A stretch of 64,000 nt of DNA, from IMG/VR virus record IMGVR_UViG_3300007513_000010; one strand, written 5' to 3'. The position numbers and the translations under genes are program-made. Shown piece after piece: positions 10,157 to 22,800 of the stretch (positions within the stretch are counted from its first letter, which is position 1; each line of letters starts with the position of its first letter). The notes beneath the pieces were generated by a model. That model was not told the origin of the DNA, did no database searches, and worked only from the letters and a program-made list of their open reading frames with translations. Source of the stretch: a virus.

Positions 10157-11968
10157 ATGTCAAAGAATAAAGTAATCCCAGTAGACTATACAAGTAGAGA
10201 TTTCAATTCAATAAAGAGGGATCTTTTAACTTATGCAAAAAGATATTACCCAGATACTTATCAAGATTTTAACGAAGCCTCTTTTGGTTCTCTTATGTTG
10301 GACACCGTTGCGTACGTTGGGGACATGTTATCTTTTTATTTAGATTATAATGCAAACGAATCTTTTCTCGAAACAGCACTAGAATACGACAACGTTATCG
10401 GTCTTGCAAACGAGATGGGGTTTAAATATAGCGAGACAATACAATCATATTCAAATGCAACATTCAGCATGCTTATTCCCTCAAAGGCATCAGACAATGA
10501 GCCGGATTTGTCTTATGTTGGCAAGCTCCGAGCAGGAACCACTTGCAAGACACAGGGGGGCAATGTCTTTACTTTGACCGAGGATATAGACTTTTTAAAT
10601 GAAAATACTGATGTTGTCGGAGCGATTCTTTCAGCGGACAAGACGAGAACAGACTGGTATGTGCTGCAAACTACTGGCAAAGTCGTTTCGGGAAGAGAAT
10701 ACGAAACAAATATAGAATTTGGAGATTTTAAAAGATTTCAAAAAGCGGAACTTCCAGGGGAGAATATTGGAGAAATAATAGAAGTTGTGACGTCTGAAGG
10801 ACATCAATATCAAGAAGTTGACTTTTTGAGTCAAAATACTGTTTTCAAAGCAGTGAAGAATACTGGAAAATATAGCAACTCAGTGCCAAATTTGTTAAAG
10901 GCTTTCCCCGTCCCCCGACGCTTTATTATTGAGCGAGAACGTGGCAAGAGCTTTTTGGTGTTTGGTTATGGATCAGAAGAGGACATAAAAAAGAACAATA
11001 TCGCAGAACCCTCAGAAGTGGCAATAAATCTGCATGGCCGGCCCCACGAACCGGGAATGTCTTTTGATCCAAGCAAACTAGTTTCAACAGAAAAATTTGG
11101 AATCGCGCCGTCGAACACCACTCTCAATATAAAATATAGAGTCAATAGTTTTAAAAATGTTAATGCCGCAGCCGGAACACTCAATAAGGTCATCGATGCA
11201 AAAACTTATTTTTCAAACGAGGCCTCTCTAGACGAAGGGAAAGTTTCTTATATAAAAGATAATATATCAGTTATCAACAATGAACCAATAAACGGACACA
11301 CTTCAACATTAACGACAGAAGAGATCAAAAGAAAAGCAAAAGACATGTATGCCATGCAAGGAAGGGCGGTAACAAAACAAGATTATGTTACGGCAGTATA
11401 CGCGATGCCCTCAAAATTTGGATCAATAAAGAGAGTATCGATACAGAGAGATACAGATGATCTTAGAAGAAACATAAATATGTATGTTGTTTCCGAGTCA
11501 GCAAGCGGTACGCTTGAAAAGACAAACTCAGCAATAAAAGAAAATTTAAGAACTTGGCTAAACAAGGTGAGAATGATTTCGGATACTGTTGATATTTTAG
11601 ATGCAACGGTTATTAATCTAGGCATAGAATTTGAACTACTTTTCGAAGAGGAGAAGAATCGATTTGATGTTATGAATGCAGCCGTGGCAGAAATAGAAGA
11701 AGCGCTCACAACAATCTATCCAGAAATTGGAGAACCTTTTTACATAACAGATGTGTTTAAGGCACTAAAAGATGTCCCAGGCGTTCTAGATGTGTCAGAT
11801 GTCAGGATATACAATAAAAGCAAAGGAGTGTACTCGGATTTTGAGTACTCTATAGAAGACAATATATCACTAGACGGAAGAAGGGTAGAGATTCCTGGGC
11901 ACTGTATATGGGAAATAAAGAACCCAACTTCTGATATAAGAGGCACATCACGCGAGGGAAGAAGCTAA
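10157..11968 (+). CDS. Baseplate wedge subunit, T4 gp6-like
   Basis: N-terminus DYTSRDFNSIK...YPDTYQDFNEASFGSLMLD..AYVGD.LSFYLD and C-terminal QGRAVTKQDY are typical of gp6/baseplate J. Follows gp25. Confidence 0.9.
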   Translation: MSKNKVIPVDYTSRDFNSIKRDLLTYAKRYYPDTYQDFNEASFGSLMLDTVAYVGDMLSFYLDYNANESFLETALEYDNVIGLANEMGFKYSETIQSYSNATFSMLIPSKASDNEPDLSYVGKLRAGTTCKTQGGNVFTLTEDIDFLNENTDVVGAILSADKTRTDWYVLQTTGKVVSGREYETNIEFGDFKRFQKAELPGENIGEIIEVVTSEGHQYQEVDFLSQNTVFKAVKNTGKYSNSVPNLLKAFPVPRRFIIERERGKSFLVFGYGSEEDIKKNNIAEPSEVAINLHGRPHEPGMSFDPSKLVSTEKFGIAPSNTTLNIKYRVNSFKNVNAAAGTLNKVIDAKTYFSNEASLDEGKVSYIKDNISVINNEPINGHTSTLTTEEIKRKAKDMYAMQGRAVTKQDYVTAVYAMPSKFGSIKRVSIQRDTDDLRRNINMYVVSESASGTLEKTNSAIKENLRTWLNKVRMISDTVDILDATVINLGIEFELLFEEEKNRFDVMNAAVAEIEEALTTIYPEIGEPFYITDVFKALKDVPGVLDVSDVRIYNKSKGVYSDFEYSIEDNISLDGRRVEIPGHCIWEIKNPTSDIRGTSREGRS

Positions 11969-11969
11969 A

Positions 11970-13859
11970 ATGTCTGTAAAAAAATATATTGCATCCAAGG
12001 ACAACACCATATCGAATCTTTTTTTAGAAAACTTATCAGACCGCGGTTCCTCTGGCAATACGGGCCAGTCTGATATTTTAGAAATGTTTTCTATCTATGC
12101 CCAAGCCAGTACGGGCTCTTTAGAGAAGTCTAGAATTTTAATAGATTTTCCGATTAGTGAAATTTTAAAAGATAGAGCAAACAAAGAGATTCCTGCTTCT
12201 GGGAGCGTTAACTTTGTTTTAAGATTATTTAATGCTCCCCATGGCCAGTCAACACCTAGCGATTATTACGTTGAAGCTAGTCCTCTATTATCTTCGTGGG
12301 ACGAGGGGTACGGACTAGACATGGAGACTTATCTAGACAAAGGGGCAAGTAATTGGATTTCTTCCTCGAAGGATACCCCTTGGCCACACCCGGGTTCAAG
12401 TTATTTTAAGCAAGACTTTAATGTTGCGAAAAACTTTACTTATGCGCAGTATTTAGAAAACGGTTTAGAAAATATAGAAATAGATATAACGCCAGCAGTT
12501 GAAGAGTGGCTGAAGGTTTCAGAAAGCCCATCGGCACTAGTTGTTTCAAAAACAAATTTAAAATTTAATGACATTCCAGCAGTAAGTAGCAGCGTTAGGC
12601 TTACAGATGCCTTCGGCACTTCTAAAATATTTTATTTCAAAAACAACGATCAACCACAAGTGACGGGAGACACTTCCGGAAGTTATAATATAGTTCTAAG
12701 GGGTGCAAACGTTTCTGGAACAATAGACAACTTTGTAACCGCACTACAAGATCCAAATAGCGGATTTTTGACATCCAGCAATCAGGGCTTTGTTTTTGAC
12801 AAGTCTCAGCCATGGCTATCGCTGACTCAGTCTTTATCTGGTGCTTCTGGAAATACTTTTGTAAACCTGGAAGGCGTAACAAACATAGCAGCTTCCAGTT
12901 TTTCTTCCGGCGCTGGTCTGTCGAATTCTGGTATGGTACTTTTTCTTTCTGGAGCATACGAAGATGGCTCTCTGGAAAAATCGTTTTATACTAAAAAACT
13001 CTTTGCCCGCGGCAGCCATCACTTTTTTAAGAGGCCTTCAATTGAGGCCCGGTGGGACGATAGCAAAACAGACGATCGCTCTTCTTCTTACGTGTCTAGC
13101 AGTATGGTGCCTCCTGTGGAAAATGTATATAAGATATATTTCTATAATAGATTTCGGGGAAACCTATATGATTTGCCAAATCCGACACCTCCGCATGCTG
13201 GAATCATCAATCCGACCACCCAGCTTTCCTGTAGCCTTTATCAATCTTTAGGAGGTCCAAAGATAGTTCTTCATGATGGAAAGACTCACGTCTCTGCCTC
13301 AAACCCATCAGTAGGGGTCTACAGTGTGGAATTTTGTGTAACAGGTTCGGGAACTTTTTATGATGTTTGGTCAAACAGGGAAGACAAGGGAACCGCAAAT
13401 GCTGGAGACGACATATACACGGAATATCACACGGGGTCTGCAATAGTGGTGAAGACCAACTCTCCAGAAGACTACTATGAAGAGTTAAGGCATGTTGTAA
13501 AGATTGTAAATTTGCAAGATTCATATAAAAACAATGAAAAGGTAACTTTGAGGGCCCACGTAAGAGAAAAGAATTGGAAGCCAAACATTTACACAAAGGC
13601 GACAAACAAAATACAGACAAGCAACATTAGAGAGGCCTATTATCAAGTAAAGCGAATTTCGGATAATTTAATTGTTCTCCCGTTTTCTACGGGGTCAGTA
13701 AGATATACGGCACTTTCTTATGACACCAGTGGAAGTTATTTTGATCTAGATTTATCTTTGCTCGAGCCTAATTATTCATATGAAATAGGGTTTTTGTTCA
13801 AACTAAACAACACCTACAAGGAACAAAAAGACAAATTTAAATTTAGAGTTGAAGTATGA
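11970..13859 (+). CDS. Baseplate-associated structural protein with an inserted sheath-like module (~12546-12916)
   Basis: Sits between gp6 and the wedge protein with near-coupled start/stop. Beta-rich, with many S/T-G-S motifs. Confidence 0.6.
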   Translation: MSVKKYIASKDNTISNLFLENLSDRGSSGNTGQSDILEMFSIYAQASTGSLEKSRILIDFPISEILKDRANKEIPASGSVNFVLRLFNAPHGQSTPSDYYVEASPLLSSWDEGYGLDMETYLDKGASNWISSSKDTPWPHPGSSYFKQDFNVAKNFTYAQYLENGLENIEIDITPAVEEWLKVSESPSALVVSKTNLKFNDIPAVSSSVRLTDAFGTSKIFYFKNNDQPQVTGDTSGSYNIVLRGANVSGTIDNFVTALQDPNSGFLTSSNQGFVFDKSQPWLSLTQSLSGASGNTFVNLEGVTNIAASSFSSGAGLSNSGMVLFLSGAYEDGSLEKSFYTKKLFARGSHHFFKRPSIEARWDDSKTDDRSSSYVSSSMVPPVENVYKIYFYNRFRGNLYDLPNPTPPHAGIINPTTQLSCSLYQSLGGPKIVLHDGKTHVSASNPSVGVYSVEFCVTGSGTFYDVWSNREDKGTANAGDDIYTEYHTGSAIVVKTNSPEDYYEELRHVVKIVNLQDSYKNNEKVTLRAHVREKNWKPNIYTKATNKIQTSNIREAYYQVKRISDNLIVLPFSTGSVRYTALSYDTSGSYFDLDLSLLEPNYSYEIGFLFKLNNTYKEQKDKFKFRVEV

Positions 13860-16800
13860 GCGGAAAAGATCAAGGCGGTAAAACAGGCGGCTCAAAGTTG
13901 GGAGACTTCCTTAATAAGGAAAAGTCTATCCTAAACAAGAGCCTGGAAGACATCTCGCGCGACGCCGAGTCGCCAAAGTTTATTAAATCAAAATCACAGT
14001 CTAGAAGTAGGTTTTTGCCGGATATAGACTATTCTCAGCCATCTAATTTTGCGCGCTTCGGCTCCGCGGAGAGATACTACAAAGACTCTATTGAGAGGAT
14101 CTACAAAACCTATCCATATGATGGATCAAAGCACGAACAAGAAGAGTGGTTCTTGTCATCTTCTCATTTAGATTTATATCTCTTTAAGAAAGAGTATCCT
14201 CACGCCACCGGCGCCGTGAAATTTTCTCATTCTGGCTGGGGTTCTAAAACTGGTGCGTCACAACAATCTTATGGACAACCGGCAGATAAGCAGTACATAT
14301 TGTTTTACGGTGGTCCGACAAAGGGAGATTTATACGATACTTCTTTGGGGAGAGAGAGTTGCTTAAAATTTACCCCAACTGCGGGCAACACTGTAGAGTT
14401 CTGGCTTAAGAAAGGAGAATATGTCAATTCTTTGACAGAAAAAGAAGTAATATTCGACTGCTACAGCAAAAACGCCGCAGGCGCAGCTGACACTGCTCGC
14501 TTTAAAATAGAATTAGATTCTACAGTAGGTTCAAGTGCCAGCCCCTTTAAGCTAACTTATATGTCTGGTAATGTAGGTTTAAACCACGTTTCGGTAGGAA
14601 CGGTTTCAAAATCCGCATTGGTGGATAACAAGTGGCATCATTATGCATTTTCATTGGTTGCCTCTGGGTCGGTACTTAAGCATGATTTTTATGTTGACGG
14701 AGTGATAAACGAACAGGGGACAAGTTCTATCGCACCCATGGGAGATAGCAATCGAAACATGATAGCTACACTTGGATCCCTGGTTACGACAGTTTCCTCG
14801 CAAGCTGGTCTAGGCTGGGGTAAGCTGTCAGGCTCCTTGGATGATTTCAGGTTTTGGAAAAAATATAGGAATCCAAAAGATGTCGGCCGGTTTTATCACG
14901 ATTCTGTAAACGGTGGCACTAAAAATGATCACACTAATTCTAGTTTGGGAATCTACTTTAAGTTCAACGAGGGTATAACTGGAGACTACTCACAGGACAG
15001 TACGATATTAGATTATTCCGGATGGGCAAAAAACGGTGCGGTGGTTGGGTACACTTCAGGCTTTAGAACGGAAGAGAGTGCCATTCATGAATCAGGGGCA
15101 ACAAAGTGGACAGAAAAGGGTGATCCAATCATGTTGCCGATACATCCAAAAGTCGACAACATGTTGTCGACTTTTAAAACAAAGGGTCAGGCCTGGGATA
15201 TAGAGAACACGAACAATCTTTTTAATACTTTTCCTTCATTTATGTTAGAAGAGGATAGGGGAAGGCTTTATGAATTAATTCAAATTATGTCGAGCCAGTT
15301 CGATGAAATATATACACTTATAGAGCATTTGCCAAAATTAAAAAGAAAAGGTTTTAAAGACGTAAACGTTTCTGGCAGTGCGTCAATAAGAACAAAAGCA
15401 AATTCAGAAGTTCACAATAAAACATATTGCGACCCAGATTATCAGACAGAGAACACCGGTGGCCGATTTGAAGACCCAACAAAAGTAAAACTAATACCAG
15501 ACGGTAGAGGTATATTTGGGGGAGCAGACCTTTTTTCTTCTTTCTTGGATCGTGATGACAGAGAGCAGTACGATTACAGTCTTTTGCAGATAAGGGACTT
15601 TTTTATACAAAACCTCTACAATACCGCAACAGAAATTAACAAAAGGAAAGGGACAGAGGATTCGTTTAGAAATCTTATAAGATGTTTTGGCATAGATGAC
15701 AAAATAATAAAACTAAACATATATGCAGACAACTTTGAATATAAAGTAGATGAAAGTCAATTACACACTGTTTCTAAGCAGAAATCGCTAAATTGTGGGG
15801 TCACCGATCACTTTAACGCAACCGTGCACCACAACACTGGGAGCGCTTCGTACACTAGAAACTATATCGCCGGTTCCACGCCAACAAACTCAGGACAAGG
15901 GATCACTCTAGAGGGAAATGTGATCTTTCCAAAGGTAGATTCAGAGGCTAGTCCCTATTATGTTTCAAAAGATTTTGAAACAATTTCAATTTTCGGAATG
16001 CACAAAGCAGAGTTGCTTACAGAAAATCTTAAAGTTGATTACTCAAATCCAGCAAGCTTTCAGGTTCAGGCAGTCAGAGACATAGTTAGGCCAAATGATG
16101 TGCATTTTAGGTTAACAAGTTCTGCGGGGTTGATAACAGAACTAACAAGCAGTGTATATCAGGAGATTTATGACAATAAGCCGTGGAACCTGTCTATCAG
16201 GATAAAGCCAAATTCAGAGTCCTTGTTCGGAACTTTGACAGGATCTGTAGACAAGAACTACACTTTGGAGTTTTCAGGGTACAATTACGATTTGGACTCT
16301 TTGAGCGAAACTTTTCAACTTACTGCTTCTCTCTCTTCCGCTGTAGCTAACGCTGTCTTGGCAGCCAACAAGCGCGTATATATGGGCGCCCACCGAAATA
16401 ACATGACTGGGTCAACGAGAGAGAAGACTGATCTTAGATTTGTTTCTCTGTCTTATTGGCAGGATTATTTAGAGTCTGCCGAGCTGCAAGCCCACGCGCG
16501 AGACTTCGGAAACATTGGCCGCCTAGGTTTGTATAAAAATATAGATGTCAATGCCGGAGCGCTGGATAATTACGACATTCGGAAAAATGACGCTCTTGCA
16601 CTTCATTGGAATTTCGAAATGCATACAGCATCTTCAGATACTGGTGTTATGGACATTTTGGATATTTCCAGCGGCTCCTTGGACACTATTGGTGCGTTCG
16701 GTCACTATGGAAACATAGTAGGGTACCAGCATCCAGGAAAAGTACAATTTGCAAACATTCCTTCAAAGGCTATTATGCAAGAGTTCTTATCAGTTTCTAA

Positions 16801-19800
16801 ATTTTCATATTTGGAAAACATCCATTCAAGCGATCAGGTTCAAATTTTAGATTTAGACAGGACGACCTTTAAAAGAAATGAAAAACCAATAACTTTCTTT
16901 TATTCTTTTGAGAAGAGTATGTATGCTGCCATTTCAGAAGAGATATTGAAGTATTTTGCTGGCCTAATCGAGTTCAACAACCTGATTGGCGAACCGGTAA
17001 ACAAATATAGGTCAGATTATAAGGGCTTGAGAGTGTTAGCTCAAAGGTTTTTTGAAAAATCTCAAGGAGACCTAGATTATGATAGGTTTGTTGAATTTTA
17101 TAGATGGGTGGATGACTCAATTTCTAAATTTATAGATCAAATTAAGCCATATTCGGCCCGGTTTTCGAAGAAAATTTTAAATGTGGTCGAAAGCCACACA
17201 CTAGAAAGAAACAAATATGACCACAAATTTCCAACGATAGAGATGAAATTGAATGACCCAATTGCACCTATTTTGGGCATAAACGAATTATTGTATGATT
17301 GGGAACACGGCCATGCGCCATTAACAACAACAGTTTCTTCTGGTACTTTAGCCGCGGCCACTGGAAAGATTACGATTATGGGCAGTTCCGCTTCTTTGTT
17401 GGACGGGGGAACTGTGACAATAACAAATACTGCAGGCCTAGAGAAGGTGTATATATTTGACGATGACGGCGACGGTGCCACCGGAACGGTAGATGGTTCC
17501 GGAAGAGTGAGAGTTCAGATTAGTGGTTTTAGTAAAGACGCCATGGCCACCCAGTTGAAGAATGCAATTAATCACGACAATGGTCACGGAGATACGATTA
17601 CTATTACGGGACCAGGCCTAGAGTGGTCCGATGACGGAATATTAAATTTTACCCAAGCCACAGCCGGGTCAGCCGGAAACGTAACGATCACAAGCACTGT
17701 CAGTAGTGGATATTTCGACCCGGAAGGTTTTAGCGGCGGCACGGGAGGTTCAACTTCTAGCAGATCCGAGAAAGATAAATGCTTGTGGTGGAAAGATCGA
17801 GCAGACAGGAGGCATGATATTCCAGCGGCCGCCTCTGTAGACAAAGACAGAGAGAGGCAAAGAGTTGCAAGAAACACCCACGCATCTGGCTCAACTTATG
17901 TATTGCGAAAACTATCAAGACCCTATAAATTTGGGGTCACCATGCAGACAGGTTTTAGATCAGGGCAAAATAGAAAAACAAACAAAAATGATGAGTTCTA
18001 CAAGTCAGTATCAAAATTTGGCAGCACAGCAAATATAACCCTTCCAGCGGTAGATATAATAGAGGACACTTATTGTAATGATATTATAGATCCGAACTAC
18101 AAAGAAAGATTTAGAATTAAATCTTATACGGTGGGAGTTGATGGATATTATGATAGGGACTCGGATTATAGTTTGCCGTTTAGTCTGTTTTCATCGTCGG
18201 CTGGTTCATCTTTTCCGAGCACCAAGGCCGGCTTGATCGTGACGAACAACCATCATGATCATTACGGCGATGATCACGAGATTCCATTACAGGGGCCCTT
18301 TACTGAGGCTCACGTTGGAGGTATGCCTCACCGCCATGAATCTTTAGCAGGTACACTTAGCCAGGCTCGCGCAACAATTCAGGTTGACACTGGAGAACTT
18401 GGAACAACAACGTTGATTCTTAAAAACTCTGGAGGAACTACTCATACGATTACTGCTGCAGCTCTAGGTGCGAGTAATCCATCAACTGCAACAAAGATAA
18501 ACACTGACCTCATTGGAAACGCTAATGACGCTACTGTACAAATGAAGGTGTCTTTGGACGCCGCCAACGCGGCCGGCAACATTAAGATGAATGTTTCCAC
18601 TATTACTAATAATTCGGACGGGAACCCTAGAATAATAACTTTAACTCAATTTGATACTGGTGGTCATGGGAACACACCGATCGCGGGTACCATGGTGTCT
18701 GGAAACAAGGTTCTTGTTAATAGTTTGGACCCCGACAGCGCCCATGGTGAATTATTTTTCACTGGGGGGAATCGCATAGAGAGGTTAGAAGCCTATGAAG
18801 TAAGGTCGGATGCGAACTCTATTACCATCCATCCGGTACCAGCTTCTGATCCTAGATCTTATTATTTTAGAGATGGTCTAGCAAAAAGGCCTGTAAATAT
18901 TGCAAACATTAAATATACAACAGGGTCAGCAATATTGGGAAATTACGACCGCGACTATCAAGTAGTGCTTACTAACGGGCGCTCTTTGAACAACAATGAT
19001 TTTGTTGATAATGAGGGTTTTTCTTTTTCTGGCTCTGCATCAACCTTTATAAACGAAATTATAGATACATCTAAGCCAGCGAGAACAAAGACGGAACATG
19101 TAATAGTTAATAGGTTTAGCAATGCAGGCCCAGAAACGGCAGCAGACTCTAACGGAGGTTATTCTGTAGATGTGGAGTCAGGAGAGTTCTCAGCCTATAA
19201 TACAATTAATTATAAAAACATGAATGCGAGAAGGATCCTAAGCAGGCTTCATATTGAAAAGTCAGAGCAATTTGGTCTCCGATCAGGCTCCTTGAACACT
19301 TTGCTTGATTATACTCTAACAAGTAGTTTGGATGGCCCAACTGAAATCAGGCCGTCTATGGCGACTTCTGTTCATATGCAAAACAGAAACCCTCACTACT
19401 ACCTGGATCTTCCCGTCAGAGCAACTATGACGATTATGACGGACACTGGCACTCTGAGTACAAACTCCTTGACGCTTAAGAATTCTGACGGAACGACGCA
19501 CACCATTAGTGCTGCAGCCTTAGGCGGCGGGAACCCCTCTACGGCGACACAAGTAAATACAGATATTGTTGGTAACGCCAACGATGCAGCAACACAAATC
19601 AGGGCATCGCTAGCGGCCGCTGCGACAGCAGGCAGCATAGATATGATAGTGTCGGCGGTCACGAACAACTCTGCAGGAGACCCTCGAGTCATTACTTTAA
19701 CCCAAAACCACCCCGGCACTACTGGCAACACAGAGGTTGCGGGATCTTTGGTTAGCAGTAACAAGCTCATCATAAATAATATAACTGCTGGTGGATCACA

Positions 19801-22800
19801 TGGTGAGTTATTTTTTACTGGCGGTGCCAACCCTGGCTCTTATGATTATGACAACTTTGTGGTGTATCACCAGATCCCACAAAATGATATCCAGTACACT
19901 TGGATAACAGCATCCTCTACGGATACTATAAAAACTTTCAGAGGACACACTTCTAATTTTACTATCCCGTCATCTTCCGGCCACCAATACCCTGCAGAGA
20001 TTCAATTTTTGCAAAAGAGCGACCATGCAAGCTACTGGTGGATGGAGCCGAGCACATACTCTCGCATTTGGGGTATTGCCCCCGGATATGCCTCCGCCGA
20101 GGGTGAGAACCCCCCGGGCTATCAGCAACCCGTTTATACTGATTTTGTGGGAATGAATGCAAATATATATGAACCGGTGTCTTCTTCTATAAATACCTTA
20201 GGTTATTCATCTTTGGAATTTAGTGACACCGCCAAGGCCGGCCACACGGGCCTCTTTGTGAGTATAAATTACACAAATCAGACTTTTCTTGATGGTAATT
20301 TTGTTTATGGCGGCCAAACCTCACCCGGCGAAGAATCAAGAGTCTATGGGGTAGGCAGCCACGGATATGCTTGGGGCAATATGATCCTTAACGCACTAAT
20401 ACAACATCGACAGGGCCCTTATGGTTGGCCATCATGGAAACAGCTCCGCGGAGCATCTCATCCAATTATGAGAAGTCATAGAAAAAATAACCAATATTCT
20501 ATACATTTTCGAGAAGGGGTTCCTAGTACTTCGCCGATAGTGGACTACGAATACGATATATCACCCCGCGGTTCTAAAATAAAGGACAAATCAGCAAGAT
20601 ATTCTAGTAGGGTTGCAAAGAATTATTTTGATATTCCTGTTACATCCAAGTTTGATCCATTTGTAATGATGAATTTTTCGGACTCAACTCTTCGGTTCAT
20701 AGAAGACATGGGTTCGGGCACCGGTGATCAGGTGATGGAAAACGTTCTTTGGTGGCTTACTGATGTTAGCACAGTCTTTCAGCCTGATTCTCAAATGTTT
20801 GAGAATATGTATTTTGCAGTTCGAGACACATACACAAATGCGATATCTACTTTTTCAAATCCTGAAATTATTAGTGCTCTCAAGATAGATGAGGTGACAC
20901 ACCAGCCCATGGAATCAATGATGGCCGCTTATCAGGATGATAGCAGGGCAGACAAGCCAGACGCTTTTCATCAGATTAACTACCTTGAAGCAATATACCC
21001 AAGAGAGATCAACACATATACAAAGAATGCCAGAAATAGAGAGAATTTTGTTTTTCACTCTTGGAATTCTGATAGATCTAAGAGAGAAAACATTTTAATC
21101 GGAAGTGCAATATCGGCATATTCAGATAATTCTGTAATTTTTCCAAAAATTAGACCAGTTATAGAAAACTATACGGAAACAAATTCTCTTTTTGTGGACA
21201 CCTTAGATTACAAGAACTCCGGAGCGACGATAGTTCAATACATTACATCAAGTGCGTGGCTGCTTGATAGTCGTAAAGACTTTTCTAAAGAGCCCCTTTC
21301 TCTTACCGCATCATATACATCCACTAATGCTAGCTTTTTAGCAAATAGAGACCAGGGAGTCAGAGGCGAAGGGGAGCTACAAAATGATTATAGTATATTT
21401 GGCCTAGGTTATAATAGAATTCATGGAACCCCTCCTCCTGCTTTGGTGTATAATCGTCGCATTCCACAGCCGTACGGCACATATGGCGCCGACGGCTATG
21501 AGGAGTATTTAGCAGGGGAAAGCAAGTGGGAGGTGAACAAGGATAGTAGTTCTCCATTTTACGATAAATACACAGATTACAACGAAGAGATAAGATTAGT
21601 AGGGCAGAACTATTCTCTGGTCCCTGAATTCAAGATAAGTGACCACATAGAGACCATCGTCAAATTATCTGACCAAAGCACATCTCGAGAAGACTTTAAC
21701 ACGCCGCTAGAAACTTTGTTAAGCTTGACAGGAGGCGTCTACAATACTTCTCATGGAACTTTGGCAGTCGGTTCTAATTTTTATAAAACATATTCGACAT
21801 CAGATTTCTTAAAGTATTTCGGAACAATTCAAGACTCTTTCGAAGAATCAAATGCCCCTTTTGCCCCCGGGCGCCTCACACTAAAGTGCAAGGGTGTTAT
21901 GAAATTTTTGCCCTATAGGGGCTTTTATCCGGTCGAGAGAACAGCGCAGATAGGTGAAATTTTTACTAAATGTTACTTGCAAGACTATAGATATAAATCT
22001 TTAAACGGCTCAGACGTGAGTGATCATTTAGATAAAAAGATGTCAGGGTCTTTGCATCATGCTATAAAACCTCTCATGGCTCCTGGGGTTTTGTATAATT
22101 CGATCAAATCTGGGGTTGCAGTTGATTATCCTTTGTTTGAGAATGATATAAGGGGAACTAAGGCAATAGGGTTCATAAACATCAATCTTTTGGATGCTTC
22201 AAAGACAGCGTGGACCGCAAATTCAATTTCCTCTGCAGGGACATACCCAAAGATACAAATGGGACTATTAGAGGCGGATGGTACAACAACAACAAAGACA
22301 TTCCACTTCTTTTCGGATGCAGTAGACAACGCGAGTGAGTCAACTCACGTTAAATATGTTGATGTTGGCCAGCCTCCAGAACTTGCAGCTTCGCTTGACC
22401 GCAGGTCTGCATCTAGAAACACTCAGGTTGCTCGACAGCTTTCTGCTAAGCTGGTCGCCGCCGGCTTTGAAGTGGTGGATTTAAATTATTTAGTTGAGAC
22501 GGATTATTCTGTTATCAACACCGATGGGTCGATCTCATCAGGAACCAATCCACCAGACCGAATGCCCACTGCCTTGTGGTCAACTGGAGATCCTGACTTT
22601 AACATAGGCGTCATCCCCGACCCCGGTGAAGATAGTTCCGGCCGCGCGAAGGCCATGTACATTCCTGGTGTTGGGCTGGTTTCAGTGCCGGGAGTAGGGG
22701 GAGCTTGTATTGTTTTTCGGCAGCCTTATGTTGGTTCTTCTGGTAACGTTGCGCTGAGTGTGTCTGATGGTGTGCGAGATGGCTCTGGTCAAGAAGCAAG

